From Thiohalophilus sp. (GTDB lineage Bacteria; Pseudomonadota; Gammaproteobacteria; UBA6429; Thiohalophilaceae), in assembly GCF_034521165.1 (NCBI RefSeq), contig NZ_JAXHMV010000002.1, positions 197,467 to 261,466 on the forward strand: 64,000 nucleotides of DNA, in the 5' to 3' direction. The first letter of the stretch is position 1. Each line of letters begins with the position of its first letter. The notes below the pieces were generated by a model. The model had not been told where the DNA came from, searched no databases, and saw only the letters and a list, made by a program, of their open reading frames with translations. The position numbers and the translations under genes were made by a program. Of the stretch, positions 53,671-63,299 are shown piece after piece.

Positions 53671-54665
53671 TTATCCATTTCGACAAAAATACCGACCAGA
53701 AAACACTCGACAAGATCGGCTGGGAACTGGACGCGTTTCATATCAAAAAGCCCGACTATCATGTGATGGTCACCCCCTCGGCCCTGCAGGAAGTGCCGAA
53801 AGAATATCAAAGTATGGTCGTGGAAAGCTTTGTCTTCCCCAACGACATGCAGTTATCCAGCGCCGAATACCTGCCGGAAAAACGCCGGATTGACATCGGC
53901 GATATCAGCATCGGCGGCAACACCCGCAACACCATGATCATCGGCGGCCCCTGCTCGGTGGAATCTGAAGAGCAGATCACCTCTTCGGCCAAACTGATGA
54001 AGGAACTGGGCATTTCCACCCTGCGCGCCGGCTGTTACAAGCCGCGTACCTCGCCCTATAGCTTCCAGGGCCTGGGGGACGAGGGACTGCGCCTGCTGGA
54101 CAAGATGCGCGGCGAATACGGTCTGAACATCATTACCGAAGTGCGCGATTCCACCCATGTAGACGAAGTGATCGAAACCACCGATATCGTCCAGATCGGC
54201 GCCAAGGCCATGTACGACCAGGGGATCCTGCGCACCTGTGGCCGCAGCAACAAGCCGATCCTGATCAAGCGCGGTTTCGGCACCACGCTGCAGGAATTCG
54301 TGCAGGCGGCCGAGTTTGTGCTCTCCGGCGGCAATGATAACGTCATTCTCTGCGAGCGCGGTATCCGCACCTTTGAAACCAAGACCCGTTTCACGCTGGA
54401 TCTGTGCGGCGTAGCCTATCTGAAGGAATACACCAACCTGCCGATCATCGTCGATCCCAGTCATGCCATGGGCTATCGCTACGGCGTACCGGATCTGGCC
54501 CGCGCCGCCACTGCCATGGGCGTCGATGGCCTGCTGATTGAAGTGCATCCCGATCCGTCCGTCGCCAAGTCCGATGCCTCGCAACAGCTGGATCACGATG
54601 CCTTCCGGCAGCTGATCGGTACCCTGCGCCCCATCGCCGACGCCATCGGCTATCATATTGTCTGA
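53667..54665 (+). CDS. 3-deoxy-7-phosphoheptulonate (DAHP) synthase, type I-beta, with N-terminal ferredoxin-like regulatory domain
   Basis: The motifs IIGGPCSVES, YKPRTSPYSFQGLG and VDPSH are present. The ~70-aa N-terminal extension resembles that of Thermotoga-type DAHPS. The start forms an ATGA overlap with the upstream gene. Confidence 0.85.
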   Translation: MIIHFDKNTDQKTLDKIGWELDAFHIKKPDYHVMVTPSALQEVPKEYQSMVVESFVFPNDMQLSSAEYLPEKRRIDIGDISIGGNTRNTMIIGGPCSVESEEQITSSAKLMKELGISTLRAGCYKPRTSPYSFQGLGDEGLRLLDKMRGEYGLNIITEVRDSTHVDEVIETTDIVQIGAKAMYDQGILRTCGRSNKPILIKRGFGTTLQEFVQAAEFVLSGGNDNVILCERGIRTFETKTRFTLDLCGVAYLKEYTNLPIIVDPSHAMGYRYGVPDLARAATAMGVDGLLIEVHPDPSVAKSDASQQLDHDAFRQLIGTLRPIADAIGYHIV

Positions 54666-55152
54666 GCCTGTGGCGATTCGCGCTGATATCAAACTGCTGG
54701 CCCTGGATATCGACGGGGTCATGACCGACGGCGGTATGTATTACACCGAAGGGGGTGAAGAAGTTAAACGCTTCGATACCAAGGACGGACGCGGTATTAT
54801 TCACCTGCAGCGCGAGGGCGTGCCGGTGGCGGTTTTGAGTTCCGGCTTCAAAAGCACGATCATCGCTGAGCGCTGTAAGACGCTGGGGATTGAAAAGTTT
54901 TATGTGGGTACCGAGCCGAAACTGGATATTCTCAGGCAGTTTTGCGCCGAATTGAACATTGAACTGGCCCAGGTCGCCTATATCGGCGACGACATCAACG
55001 ATCGCGATATTATCCATGCCGTCGGCTTCAGCGCCTGCCCCGCCGACGCGGTTGGTTCAATCAAAAAGATCGTCGATGTCGTGCTGGAGAAAAACGGTGG
55101 CTATGGCTGTATTCGTGAGTTTATCGACGAGCAGCTGGGCTATCACTTTTAA
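54658..55152 (+). CDS. KdsC-family (YrbI) HAD-IIIA sugar-acid phosphate phosphatase
   Basis: The motifs LALDIDGVMTDGGMYYTEGGEEVKRFDTKDGRGI, GDDINDRD and GGYGCIREF are present. The start is TTG at 54658, overlapping the DAHPS stop, or GTG at 54670. Confidence 0.8.
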   Translation: MSEPVAIRADIKLLALDIDGVMTDGGMYYTEGGEEVKRFDTKDGRGIIHLQREGVPVAVLSSGFKSTIIAERCKTLGIEKFYVGTEPKLDILRQFCAELNIELAQVAYIGDDINDRDIIHAVGFSACPADAVGSIKKIVDVVLEKNGGYGCIREFIDEQLGYHF

Positions 55153-55168
55153 ACAACAAAACAACGGT

Positions 55169-56257
55169 ATGCCTCTGCCCTTTACCACGCCCCCGTCCAG
55201 CCTGTGCATTTTGCGCCTCTCCGCCATCGGCGATATCTGTCATACCCTGCCGGTGGTGCGCACCATCCAGCAAGCCTGGCCGCAAACCCGGCTGACCTGG
55301 ATCATCGGCAAGACCGAACATGCCCTGTTGCAGGGTATCCCCGATATCGAGTTTATTGTGTTCGACAAGGCTCGCGGCCTTGCCGCCTACCGCGAGGTAC
55401 GTCGGCAACTGAACGGCCGCCGTTTCGACGCCCTGCTGCACATGCAAGTCGCCCTGCGGGCCAGCCTGTTGAGTCGCCTGGTCAGCGCCCCGATCCGGCT
55501 GGGTTTCGATCGCGCCCGGGCCCGGGATCTGCAGTGGCTGTTTAGCAACCACCGGATCGCAGCCAGAGCGCATCAGCATGTCATGGACGGGCTGTTCGGT
55601 TTCAGTGAAGCCCTGGGTATCGCGGACAGGCAACTGCGCTGGAATATTCCGATCCCGGCGACCGATCGCCAGACAGCCGCTCAACTCGCCGACCCGGCCC
55701 GGCCGTATCTGGTCATCAGCCCCAGCGCCAGCAGTGCCTATCGCAACTGGCATGTGGCCGGTTATGCCCGGGTGGCCGGGTATGCTGTCGAACAACACGG
55801 CTTGCCGGTCTATCTTACCGGCGGCAACAGCGCCAGCGAACAAGCGCTGGCCGCTGCCATCGAAGCGAAGGCAGACAATCCCAATATCACCAATCTGGTC
55901 GGCAAAACCTCGTTAAAACAGTTACTGGCGATTCTGAAACATGCCACGGCCCTGATCACACCGGATTCGGGACCGGCCCACATGGCCACCACGGTGAATA
56001 CCCCGGTCATCGGCCTGTATGCCTGTGCCAACCCCGACCGCACCGGCCCCTATTTGAGCCAACAATGGACGATCAACCATTACCCCGACGCCGTACAGGA
56101 CAAGTACCACAAGCCGGTGTCGGAATTACCCTGGGGGATCCGGGTGCGCGACCCCGGCACCATGGACCTGATCACGGTCGAGGAAGTAGAATCGACGCTG
56201 GACCGATTACTCGACGCGCATAAAAACAACACTTCCGATAAAGATAACAACGCATGA
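55169..56257 (+). CDS. glycosyltransferase family 9 (heptosyltransferase-like)
   Basis: The start was reassigned to MPLPFTTPPSSLCILRLSAIGDICHTLPVV, a typical GT9 N-terminus (RLSAIGD). The C-terminal region DSGPAHMATTVNTPVIGLY is also present. Confidence 0.8.
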   Translation: MPLPFTTPPSSLCILRLSAIGDICHTLPVVRTIQQAWPQTRLTWIIGKTEHALLQGIPDIEFIVFDKARGLAAYREVRRQLNGRRFDALLHMQVALRASLLSRLVSAPIRLGFDRARARDLQWLFSNHRIAARAHQHVMDGLFGFSEALGIADRQLRWNIPIPATDRQTAAQLADPARPYLVISPSASSAYRNWHVAGYARVAGYAVEQHGLPVYLTGGNSASEQALAAAIEAKADNPNITNLVGKTSLKQLLAILKHATALITPDSGPAHMATTVNTPVIGLYACANPDRTGPYLSQQWTINHYPDAVQDKYHKPVSELPWGIRVRDPGTMDLITVEEVESTLDRLLDAHKNNTSDKDNNA

Positions 56258-57024
56258 GCTTTCATATCGTCATTCCCGCCCGCTACGCCTCCAGTCGTCT
56301 GCCCGGCAAACCGCTGCGCGAGATTGCCGGCAAGCCGATGATCGCCCACGTCATCGATAACGCCCTGCAAAGCGATGCCGAGCGGATTATCGTGGCCACC
56401 GACGACGAGCGTATTCTCGAGGCGACGGCGGACTTTCCGGTTGAAAGTTGTCTGACCTCGGAGCGCCACAATTCCGGTACCGAACGCATTCATGAAGTCA
56501 TCGAGAAATTCAATCTGGCTGATGAGACCATCATCGTCAATATGCAGGGGGACGAGCCGCTGATGCCCGGTGCCTGCCTGAATCAGGTGGGACATGCCCT
56601 GGCCCGGGACAGCCAGGCCGAAATGGCCACGCTCAGTACGCCGGCGGAGAGTGTCGAGGAACTGTTCGACTGGAATGTGATCAAGCTGGTCCGCGACCAC
56701 GAGGATAATGCCCTCTACTTCAGCCGCGCCCCGATCCCCTGGGATCGCGAGGCGTTTCGCGAATCAACGCCAACGCTGAATGACTTCGGTCATTTTCACC
56801 GGCATATCGGTCTGTATGCCTACCGCGCGGGATTCGTCAAACAATACATCGCCTGGGGCAGCTGCGCGCTGGAACGGATAGAATCCCTGGAGCAGTTACG
56901 GGTGCTGTATCACGGGCGCCGGATCAAGGTCGTCACCGCCGAACAGATACCCGGGCCGGGCGTCAATACGGAAGAGGAATTGCAGCGGGTTGCATCCATA
57001 CTGTCGGGTCAACAGCCGGCCTGA
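56254..57024 (+). CDS. kdsB: 3-deoxy-manno-octulosonate cytidylyltransferase (CMP-Kdo synthetase family)
   Basis: The motifs IVIPARYASSRLPGKPL, VNMQGDEPL and the HIGLYAYR pattern are present. The start forms an ATGA overlap with the GT9 gene. Confidence 0.9.
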   Translation: MSFHIVIPARYASSRLPGKPLREIAGKPMIAHVIDNALQSDAERIIVATDDERILEATADFPVESCLTSERHNSGTERIHEVIEKFNLADETIIVNMQGDEPLMPGACLNQVGHALARDSQAEMATLSTPAESVEELFDWNVIKLVRDHEDNALYFSRAPIPWDREAFRESTPTLNDFGHFHRHIGLYAYRAGFVKQYIAWGSCALERIESLEQLRVLYHGRRIKVVTAEQIPGPGVNTEEELQRVASILSGQQPA

Positions 57025-57036
57025 GCCGGTTACTGC

Positions 57037-59403
57037 TTACTTTTCCACCATCGTCGGGTGATTGATATGATAGCCCTGCACATAATCGATGCCGATTTCG
57101 ACCATTTTTTTGTAAATCACCTCATCCTCGACAAATTCAGCCACCGTCTTGATGCCCATGGCGTGGCCAATATCATTGATCGCCTTGATCATTGACGCAT
57201 TGATCTTGTTGACCACGCTGTTGCGGATCAAATCGCCGTCAATCTTCAGATAATCCACATGCAGATTCTGCAGATAGGTGAATGAACTGACGCCACTGCC
57301 AAAATCATCCAGTGCAAAACGACAACCCACGTCATGCATCATGGACATGAATTTCTGGGCATTGGCCAGATTGGTGATCATCGCGGTTTCGGTAATCTCG
57401 AAAATCAGCCCACAGGGATCGATCCGGTATTCCTCGATCTTATTGACGACATAATTGATCATGTCGGTATCGCCCAGCGAGTCCCCGGAGAGATTGATAG
57501 AGATCTCATGAGTATTCAGACAGCCGGTACTGATAAGGCGAAATGCCTCGTTAATAACCCATTTATCTACATTTTTAATCAGATTAAAGCGCTCCGCCGC
57601 CGGAATAAAGGCTCCAGGGGAGCAGTGGCTGCCGTCTTCTTCCACCATTCTGACCAGTAATTCATAGCGCTCGTCACTCGGGTTCTGTGTGGAACGAATA
57701 CTCTGCTTGTACAGACAAAACTGATCTTCACTCAGAGCCTGCTGCAGGCGGTGAGCCCATTCGATATTCTTGATATGCCGACCCAGTTCATAGTCATCCT
57801 GTTGATAGACATGCACCCGATCCCGTCCGGTATCCTTGGCAACATAACAGGCGGTATCCGCGGCACTCATCAAATCCTTGACCCCGCCACTGTGGCGTGT
57901 GACAGGTACCAGACCGATACTGGCACCGACGGTAAATACATTACTTTCCCAGACGAAGCGGTGTTCGGCAATGGTTTTTCGAATCTGTTCGGCAATTTCC
58001 CGGGCCTTATCCACGCTGCAGCCAGTCAACAACAATCCGAATTCATCACCACCCAGCCGCGCCAGGGTATCCGTGTCGCGGATTTTTTCCTGGAGTAACC
58101 AACCGAGCTGACGCAACAACTCATCGCCGGCATTGTGACCGCATTTATCATTGATAATCTTGAACTGATCCAGATCGATATAACACAACGCATGCTCCCT
58201 GTTTTCCCGCCAGCTCTGATCGATCAACTGATTGATGCGGCGATCGAATTCGCTGCGGTTCACCAGTCCGGTCAGGCTGTCGTGCGTGGCGAAGTATTCC
58301 ATTTCATCCGCCATGTCGCGGATCTCGGTGATGTCCCAGGAATAGATCCGCACCACTTTATTCTCCGGGACATAGGAGAACTGCTGTTCATAGACCATCG
58401 CGCCGACTTCAACACTGCGCAAAACAGCGCGGTCACTTTGCCTGACTTTGTCTATCATCTCGTTCAGATTGAGCAAAGCAGGATGCTCGGAACCCAGTAC
58501 TTGCAAACGTACAAAGCTCTCATTTGCCGCGGAATTCGCGTAAGTGATCTCTCCCGTTAGCGTGACCTCGATAATAGGTGTCGGGCTCAATTCTGGAAAA
58601 CTGGCCAGACGCTGCAGTTCACGCTCGGCCTGTTTGCGCTCGCTGATATCCCGGATTACCGCGCAGACTGAAACTTCATTGTTGGCACTGATTGGCGTCA
58701 GGCTGACTTCCACCGGCAGGGTCGTGCCGTCCTTGCGCCGACAGCACAGTTCACCGCAGCCCATGGCTCTGGGATTCGGCGCATCCGTGAACATCTGTCG
58801 CAGGCCAACATGACGATCGCGCAATGCTTCCGGTATCAGAATCTCCACCGACTCACCTATCAGCTCGATATTCCTGTAACCGAAAACACCGAAACACTGG
58901 GCGTTGGCCTGCTCGATAAAGCCGTCACCATTGACGATGATCTGGGGATCGGGGGAGGCTTCGAACAGCTCACGAAACTGTCTCTGGGTATCGAGGTATT
59001 TGTTTTCCGCCGCGCGGATCAGGCTCAGATCCTGGATGTGCTGAATAATCCCGCTCGGATTACCCTGCGCGTCGCGAATCACACCGATGCGCACCTGAAT
59101 GGAACGGCCGGCATGATTACGCGGATCGTCGGCCTCCATGGTGACCACCGTGTCCTTTTGCGCCAGACGCGCCCGGCAGATCGGACAGGGTTCTTCTTCC
59201 CCTTCAGGGTGGAAAAAACGGGTAACCGGTTGACCGATCACGTCTTCGGGCGGACATCCCATGCGGGCAAAGAAGGTTTTATTGGCCTGCATCACCCGAT
59301 CATCCAGATCGAGCAGGCAAATCGGCTCATCCAGGAAATCGAGTGCCGTTTTCCAGCCGTTCGAAAGTGTATCGAGTGCCAACGCCCCGGGGACCAATGC
59401 CAT
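57037..59403 (-). CDS. PAS/PAC sensor diguanylate cyclase-phosphodiesterase (GGDEF + EAL)
   Basis: The 788-aa product has three PAS-like modules, an intact GGDEF motif (RLGGDEFGLLL) and an EAL domain (YELLVR ... EITET ... DDFGSG). Confidence 0.9.
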   Translation of the reverse strand: MALVPGALALDTLSNGWKTALDFLDEPICLLDLDDRVMQANKTFFARMGCPPEDVIGQPVTRFFHPEGEEEPCPICRARLAQKDTVVTMEADDPRNHAGRSIQVRIGVIRDAQGNPSGIIQHIQDLSLIRAAENKYLDTQRQFRELFEASPDPQIIVNGDGFIEQANAQCFGVFGYRNIELIGESVEILIPEALRDRHVGLRQMFTDAPNPRAMGCGELCCRRKDGTTLPVEVSLTPISANNEVSVCAVIRDISERKQAERELQRLASFPELSPTPIIEVTLTGEITYANSAANESFVRLQVLGSEHPALLNLNEMIDKVRQSDRAVLRSVEVGAMVYEQQFSYVPENKVVRIYSWDITEIRDMADEMEYFATHDSLTGLVNRSEFDRRINQLIDQSWRENREHALCYIDLDQFKIINDKCGHNAGDELLRQLGWLLQEKIRDTDTLARLGGDEFGLLLTGCSVDKAREIAEQIRKTIAEHRFVWESNVFTVGASIGLVPVTRHSGGVKDLMSAADTACYVAKDTGRDRVHVYQQDDYELGRHIKNIEWAHRLQQALSEDQFCLYKQSIRSTQNPSDERYELLVRMVEEDGSHCSPGAFIPAAERFNLIKNVDKWVINEAFRLISTGCLNTHEISINLSGDSLGDTDMINYVVNKIEEYRIDPCGLIFEITETAMITNLANAQKFMSMMHDVGCRFALDDFGSGVSSFTYLQNLHVDYLKIDGDLIRNSVVNKINASMIKAINDIGHAMGIKTVAEFVEDEVIYKKMVEIGIDYVQGYHINHPTMVEK

Positions 59404-59617
59404 ACATTAACTTTTTGCCGTGCCCGATCCCTGGCGTTGAATGAGTGAAATCCTCCCGGATTTCAGCTACGTAGCAGGTTGTCGGTCGACGACGGTGAAA
59501 CTTTACCCTGCGCCGTCTGGGTGAATAGACGCAATGCGGGTAAAGTTATTCCAACCCATTATATTTTATGAGGTTTTTCGCCCGGCGACCCGGGCGGGCA
59601 GAGGAAGGGCGCGATAT

Positions 59618-60835
<1,218 letters not shown>

Positions 60836-61271
60836 GAAATTCGGCTCCGTCGCGAGGAAAATTACGCCAGATTCGGTAAAACGCCGCGCATTATACCGGA
60901 AACGACAAGAAAAAACGTGCTAGCAAGCCGACGGGCTCCGCCGCGCCGGCGCCTCCCCGGGCCCCGGCAAAAAGCGCGTCAGGGTGTTATTTAAGCCTGA
61001 ACAGCGGCGAAATGGCCTCTAAATCGCGGGATCCGTCACAAACCGGCGTTTTCCCCTTTAGCCCGCACGAAAAATCATGCTATAAAAGGGGATTAGATAA
61101 TAAGCAACTACAGGGACAAGTATGGGACGACTGACTCTGATCATTCTGGTTCTGTTTTCAGTGACCGCCATTTACAGCGAGGCCAATGCGGCAGCCGCCC
61201 CTGGCGCTGACACCGGCAAAACGCAGGCTGCGCCTGCCGTAGCATGTGGAGACGTTCCTCGACGCTGAGTA

Positions 61272-62141
61272 TCAGCGACTGAGAATAATCTCCACCCGAC
61301 GATTCTTGCGCCGGCCTGCCTCGGTCCGATTGTCGAACTTCGCCTCGGTCTCCTCGTAGGCCCGGGTCGTAATCAACTTGGCATCCACCCCCTGCTCCAG
61401 CAGATAGGCCCGCACCGCATCGACCCGCTGATTGGCCACCACCCGGTTCACCCGCGACAGACCCAGGCTGTCGGTATAGCCTTCGATGCGCACCCCCTCA
61501 ACCTCTCGATCCTGACGCAGATAGCGAACCAGCCGGTCGAGCCGATTGCGCTGGGCCCGCGACAAACGGGTCTGATTGCTCTGGTACACCAGCACGGTCT
61601 GGCGTACATCCTCAAAGGTGTACGGCAGCAACCCCTCGACGCAGGCGCGAAATTCGCCCACAACCGCCGCAAAGCCCAGCGGGGAAAGCCGGACCCGGAC
61701 AACATCCTGCGGCTCGACCCAGTCCTGGTAGATAAGCGTCGGAAACAATCCTGCTTCCAGTTCCGCCATTACCCGGCGCGCGCCCGACTCTCCAAGATAA
61801 AAGGGTATCTCGCCCGGAACCACCGGCAGGTCACCCAGATCCCGGCCCTCATCATAGTGCTGCCAGCTGGCCGGCAGTGACAACAGGCGCGCCTCGCCGG
61901 CGGTGGCCGTGGCGGGTTGCTCGACCCGTACCCGGAACACCAGCTGACCATCGCTTTGCTGGCGAAATTCGGCGACGCCGTAACCGGCAATCTCGTGCGT
62001 CAGACGGCAAATCAATGCCGTCCCCTGCAACTGCCAGTCTGCTTCGGCCAGCGGGGTCGAATAGATCCGCAGGCCCGCCCAGCTCGAGGAGGCCGCCAGC
62101 AACCCGAAACTCACTAAAATCATGGAGAAAACACGCATCAT
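61272..62141 (-). CDS. motY: MotY-like flagellar stator-associated protein (OmpA C-terminal domain)
   Basis: The start was reassigned to MMRVFSMILVS, which gives a signal peptide. The N-terminal domain is followed by an OmpA-like peptidoglycan-binding domain (GYTDSLG...NRRVEI). As I recall, adjacency to argG matches Pseudomonas. Confidence 0.6.
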   Translation of the reverse strand: MMRVFSMILVSFGLLAASSSWAGLRIYSTPLAEADWQLQGTALICRLTHEIAGYGVAEFRQQSDGQLVFRVRVEQPATATAGEARLLSLPASWQHYDEGRDLGDLPVVPGEIPFYLGESGARRVMAELEAGLFPTLIYQDWVEPQDVVRVRLSPLGFAAVVGEFRACVEGLLPYTFEDVRQTVLVYQSNQTRLSRAQRNRLDRLVRYLRQDREVEGVRIEGYTDSLGLSRVNRVVANQRVDAVRAYLLEQGVDAKLITTRAYEETEAKFDNRTEAGRRKNRRVEIILSR

Positions 62142-62243
62142 ACGACCTGAAATGCAATTACCGGGCCAGCCTGACAAATTGAATTTGAATCCGCCATGGC
62201 CAATGCAGTAGCCTGACAAACAGCCCAGTACGGAACCCATGGC

Positions 62244-63206
62244 ATGGACATTCTCATCATCGATCACCAGCGGGTCAGACAGCTGGAAACCTTACCCGAG
62301 TCAGTGCCCGAAACCGGCTTTCTCTGGCTGGATATTATCCGCGGCGAGGAGAGTGACTGGCCGCAACAGGTCGAACGTCTGAGCGGTGTGAGCATCCACG
62401 AACGACACATCCGCGACAGCCAGAACCTGGAACACCCCTCCTTCTACGACGGCACTCAGGACTACGAAATGCTGATCTTCCGCGGTCTCTCCCCCGCGGA
62501 TCAGACCAGTGATTTTCAGACCCGCCCGACGGTATTTTTCGTACTCGAGCACCTGCTGTTGACCATTCGCTCTGCTGACAGCGTCTCGGTCTCCCTCGTC
62601 AAACCGCGCCTGCTGGACAAAACCGTGCGTATTCCGCGCCGGCCGGCCGGACTGATGCACCAGCTGATGACTTACATGGTAGACCGTTACCTGGCCCTGC
62701 GCGAACCCCTGCTCGATCGTTACGATGAATGGCGGCGAGATCTGCTCGATCCGCGTCGCGACTTCAGCGACTGGATGGCGGTAATGGATTACACCAGTGA
62801 CCTGCGAAAACTGGAGCGCCTGTGTGACGAACAGATCACCGCGCTGCAGGCCTGGCGTGAGGACACCGATACCGAATTCGATGATCACCTCACGGTCCGG
62901 TTCAACGATCTGGTCGAGCATATTCAGCGCGTCATTCGCTTCGCGCAGGACCAGAAAAACGAAGCTGAAGCCCTGGTACAGTTACACTTCTCCGCTGTCT
63001 CCCATCGCACCAACGAGATCGTGCGCGTGCTGACAGTGATCTCGGCGATCTTTTTACCGCTCACCTTCCTGGCCGGAATTTTCGGTATGAACTTCGAGAA
63101 CATGCCCGAACTCAAACTGGAGTACGCCTACTTCTTCGCCCTCGGCGGCATGGGTACGCTGGCTCTGGTATTGCTGTTCCTGTTCAAGATCAAGAAGTGG
63201 TTGTGA
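62244..63206 (+). CDS. corA: CorA family magnesium/cobalt transporter
   Basis: The 320-aa product has two C-terminal TM helices and the GMNF signature (GIFGMNFENMPEL). Confidence 0.85.
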   Translation: MDILIIDHQRVRQLETLPESVPETGFLWLDIIRGEESDWPQQVERLSGVSIHERHIRDSQNLEHPSFYDGTQDYEMLIFRGLSPADQTSDFQTRPTVFFVLEHLLLTIRSADSVSVSLVKPRLLDKTVRIPRRPAGLMHQLMTYMVDRYLALREPLLDRYDEWRRDLLDPRRDFSDWMAVMDYTSDLRKLERLCDEQITALQAWREDTDTEFDDHLTVRFNDLVEHIQRVIRFAQDQKNEAEALVQLHFSAVSHRTNEIVRVLTVISAIFLPLTFLAGIFGMNFENMPELKLEYAYFFALGGMGTLALVLLFLFKIKKWL

Positions 63207-63218
63207 ATAGGCGGAATT

Positions 63219-63288
63219 GCCCGATACCGTTCACGCTATATCGGGCCTACAATCCGGGTAGGCCGGACAGAGCGAAGCGGTGTCCGGC
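63219..63288. repeat. BIME-like pair of inverted REP hairpins
   Basis: GCCCGATA-ccgttcacgc-TATATCGGGCCTAC is followed by inverted GTAGGCCGGACA-gagcgaagcggt-GTCCGGC. Both have the GTAG/CTAC head typical of REP elements. The pair lies between convergent corA and mscS-like genes. Confidence 0.55.
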
Positions 63289-63299
63289 AAATAGCAATG

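Noticed and set aside
59574-59600. The GC hairpin CGCCCGG-CGAC-CCGGGCG lies just downstream of argG and could be its terminator.
   Set aside because: The U-run would be on the wrong side for the minus-strand gene. I therefore cannot call it an intrinsic terminator.
61121-61210. A 29-aa ORF with a signal-peptide-like start (MGRLTLIILVLFSVTAIYSEANAAAAPWR) lies between argG and motY.
   Set aside because: It is too short, has no clear RBS and ends right after the hydrophobic segment. It is probably fortuitous.
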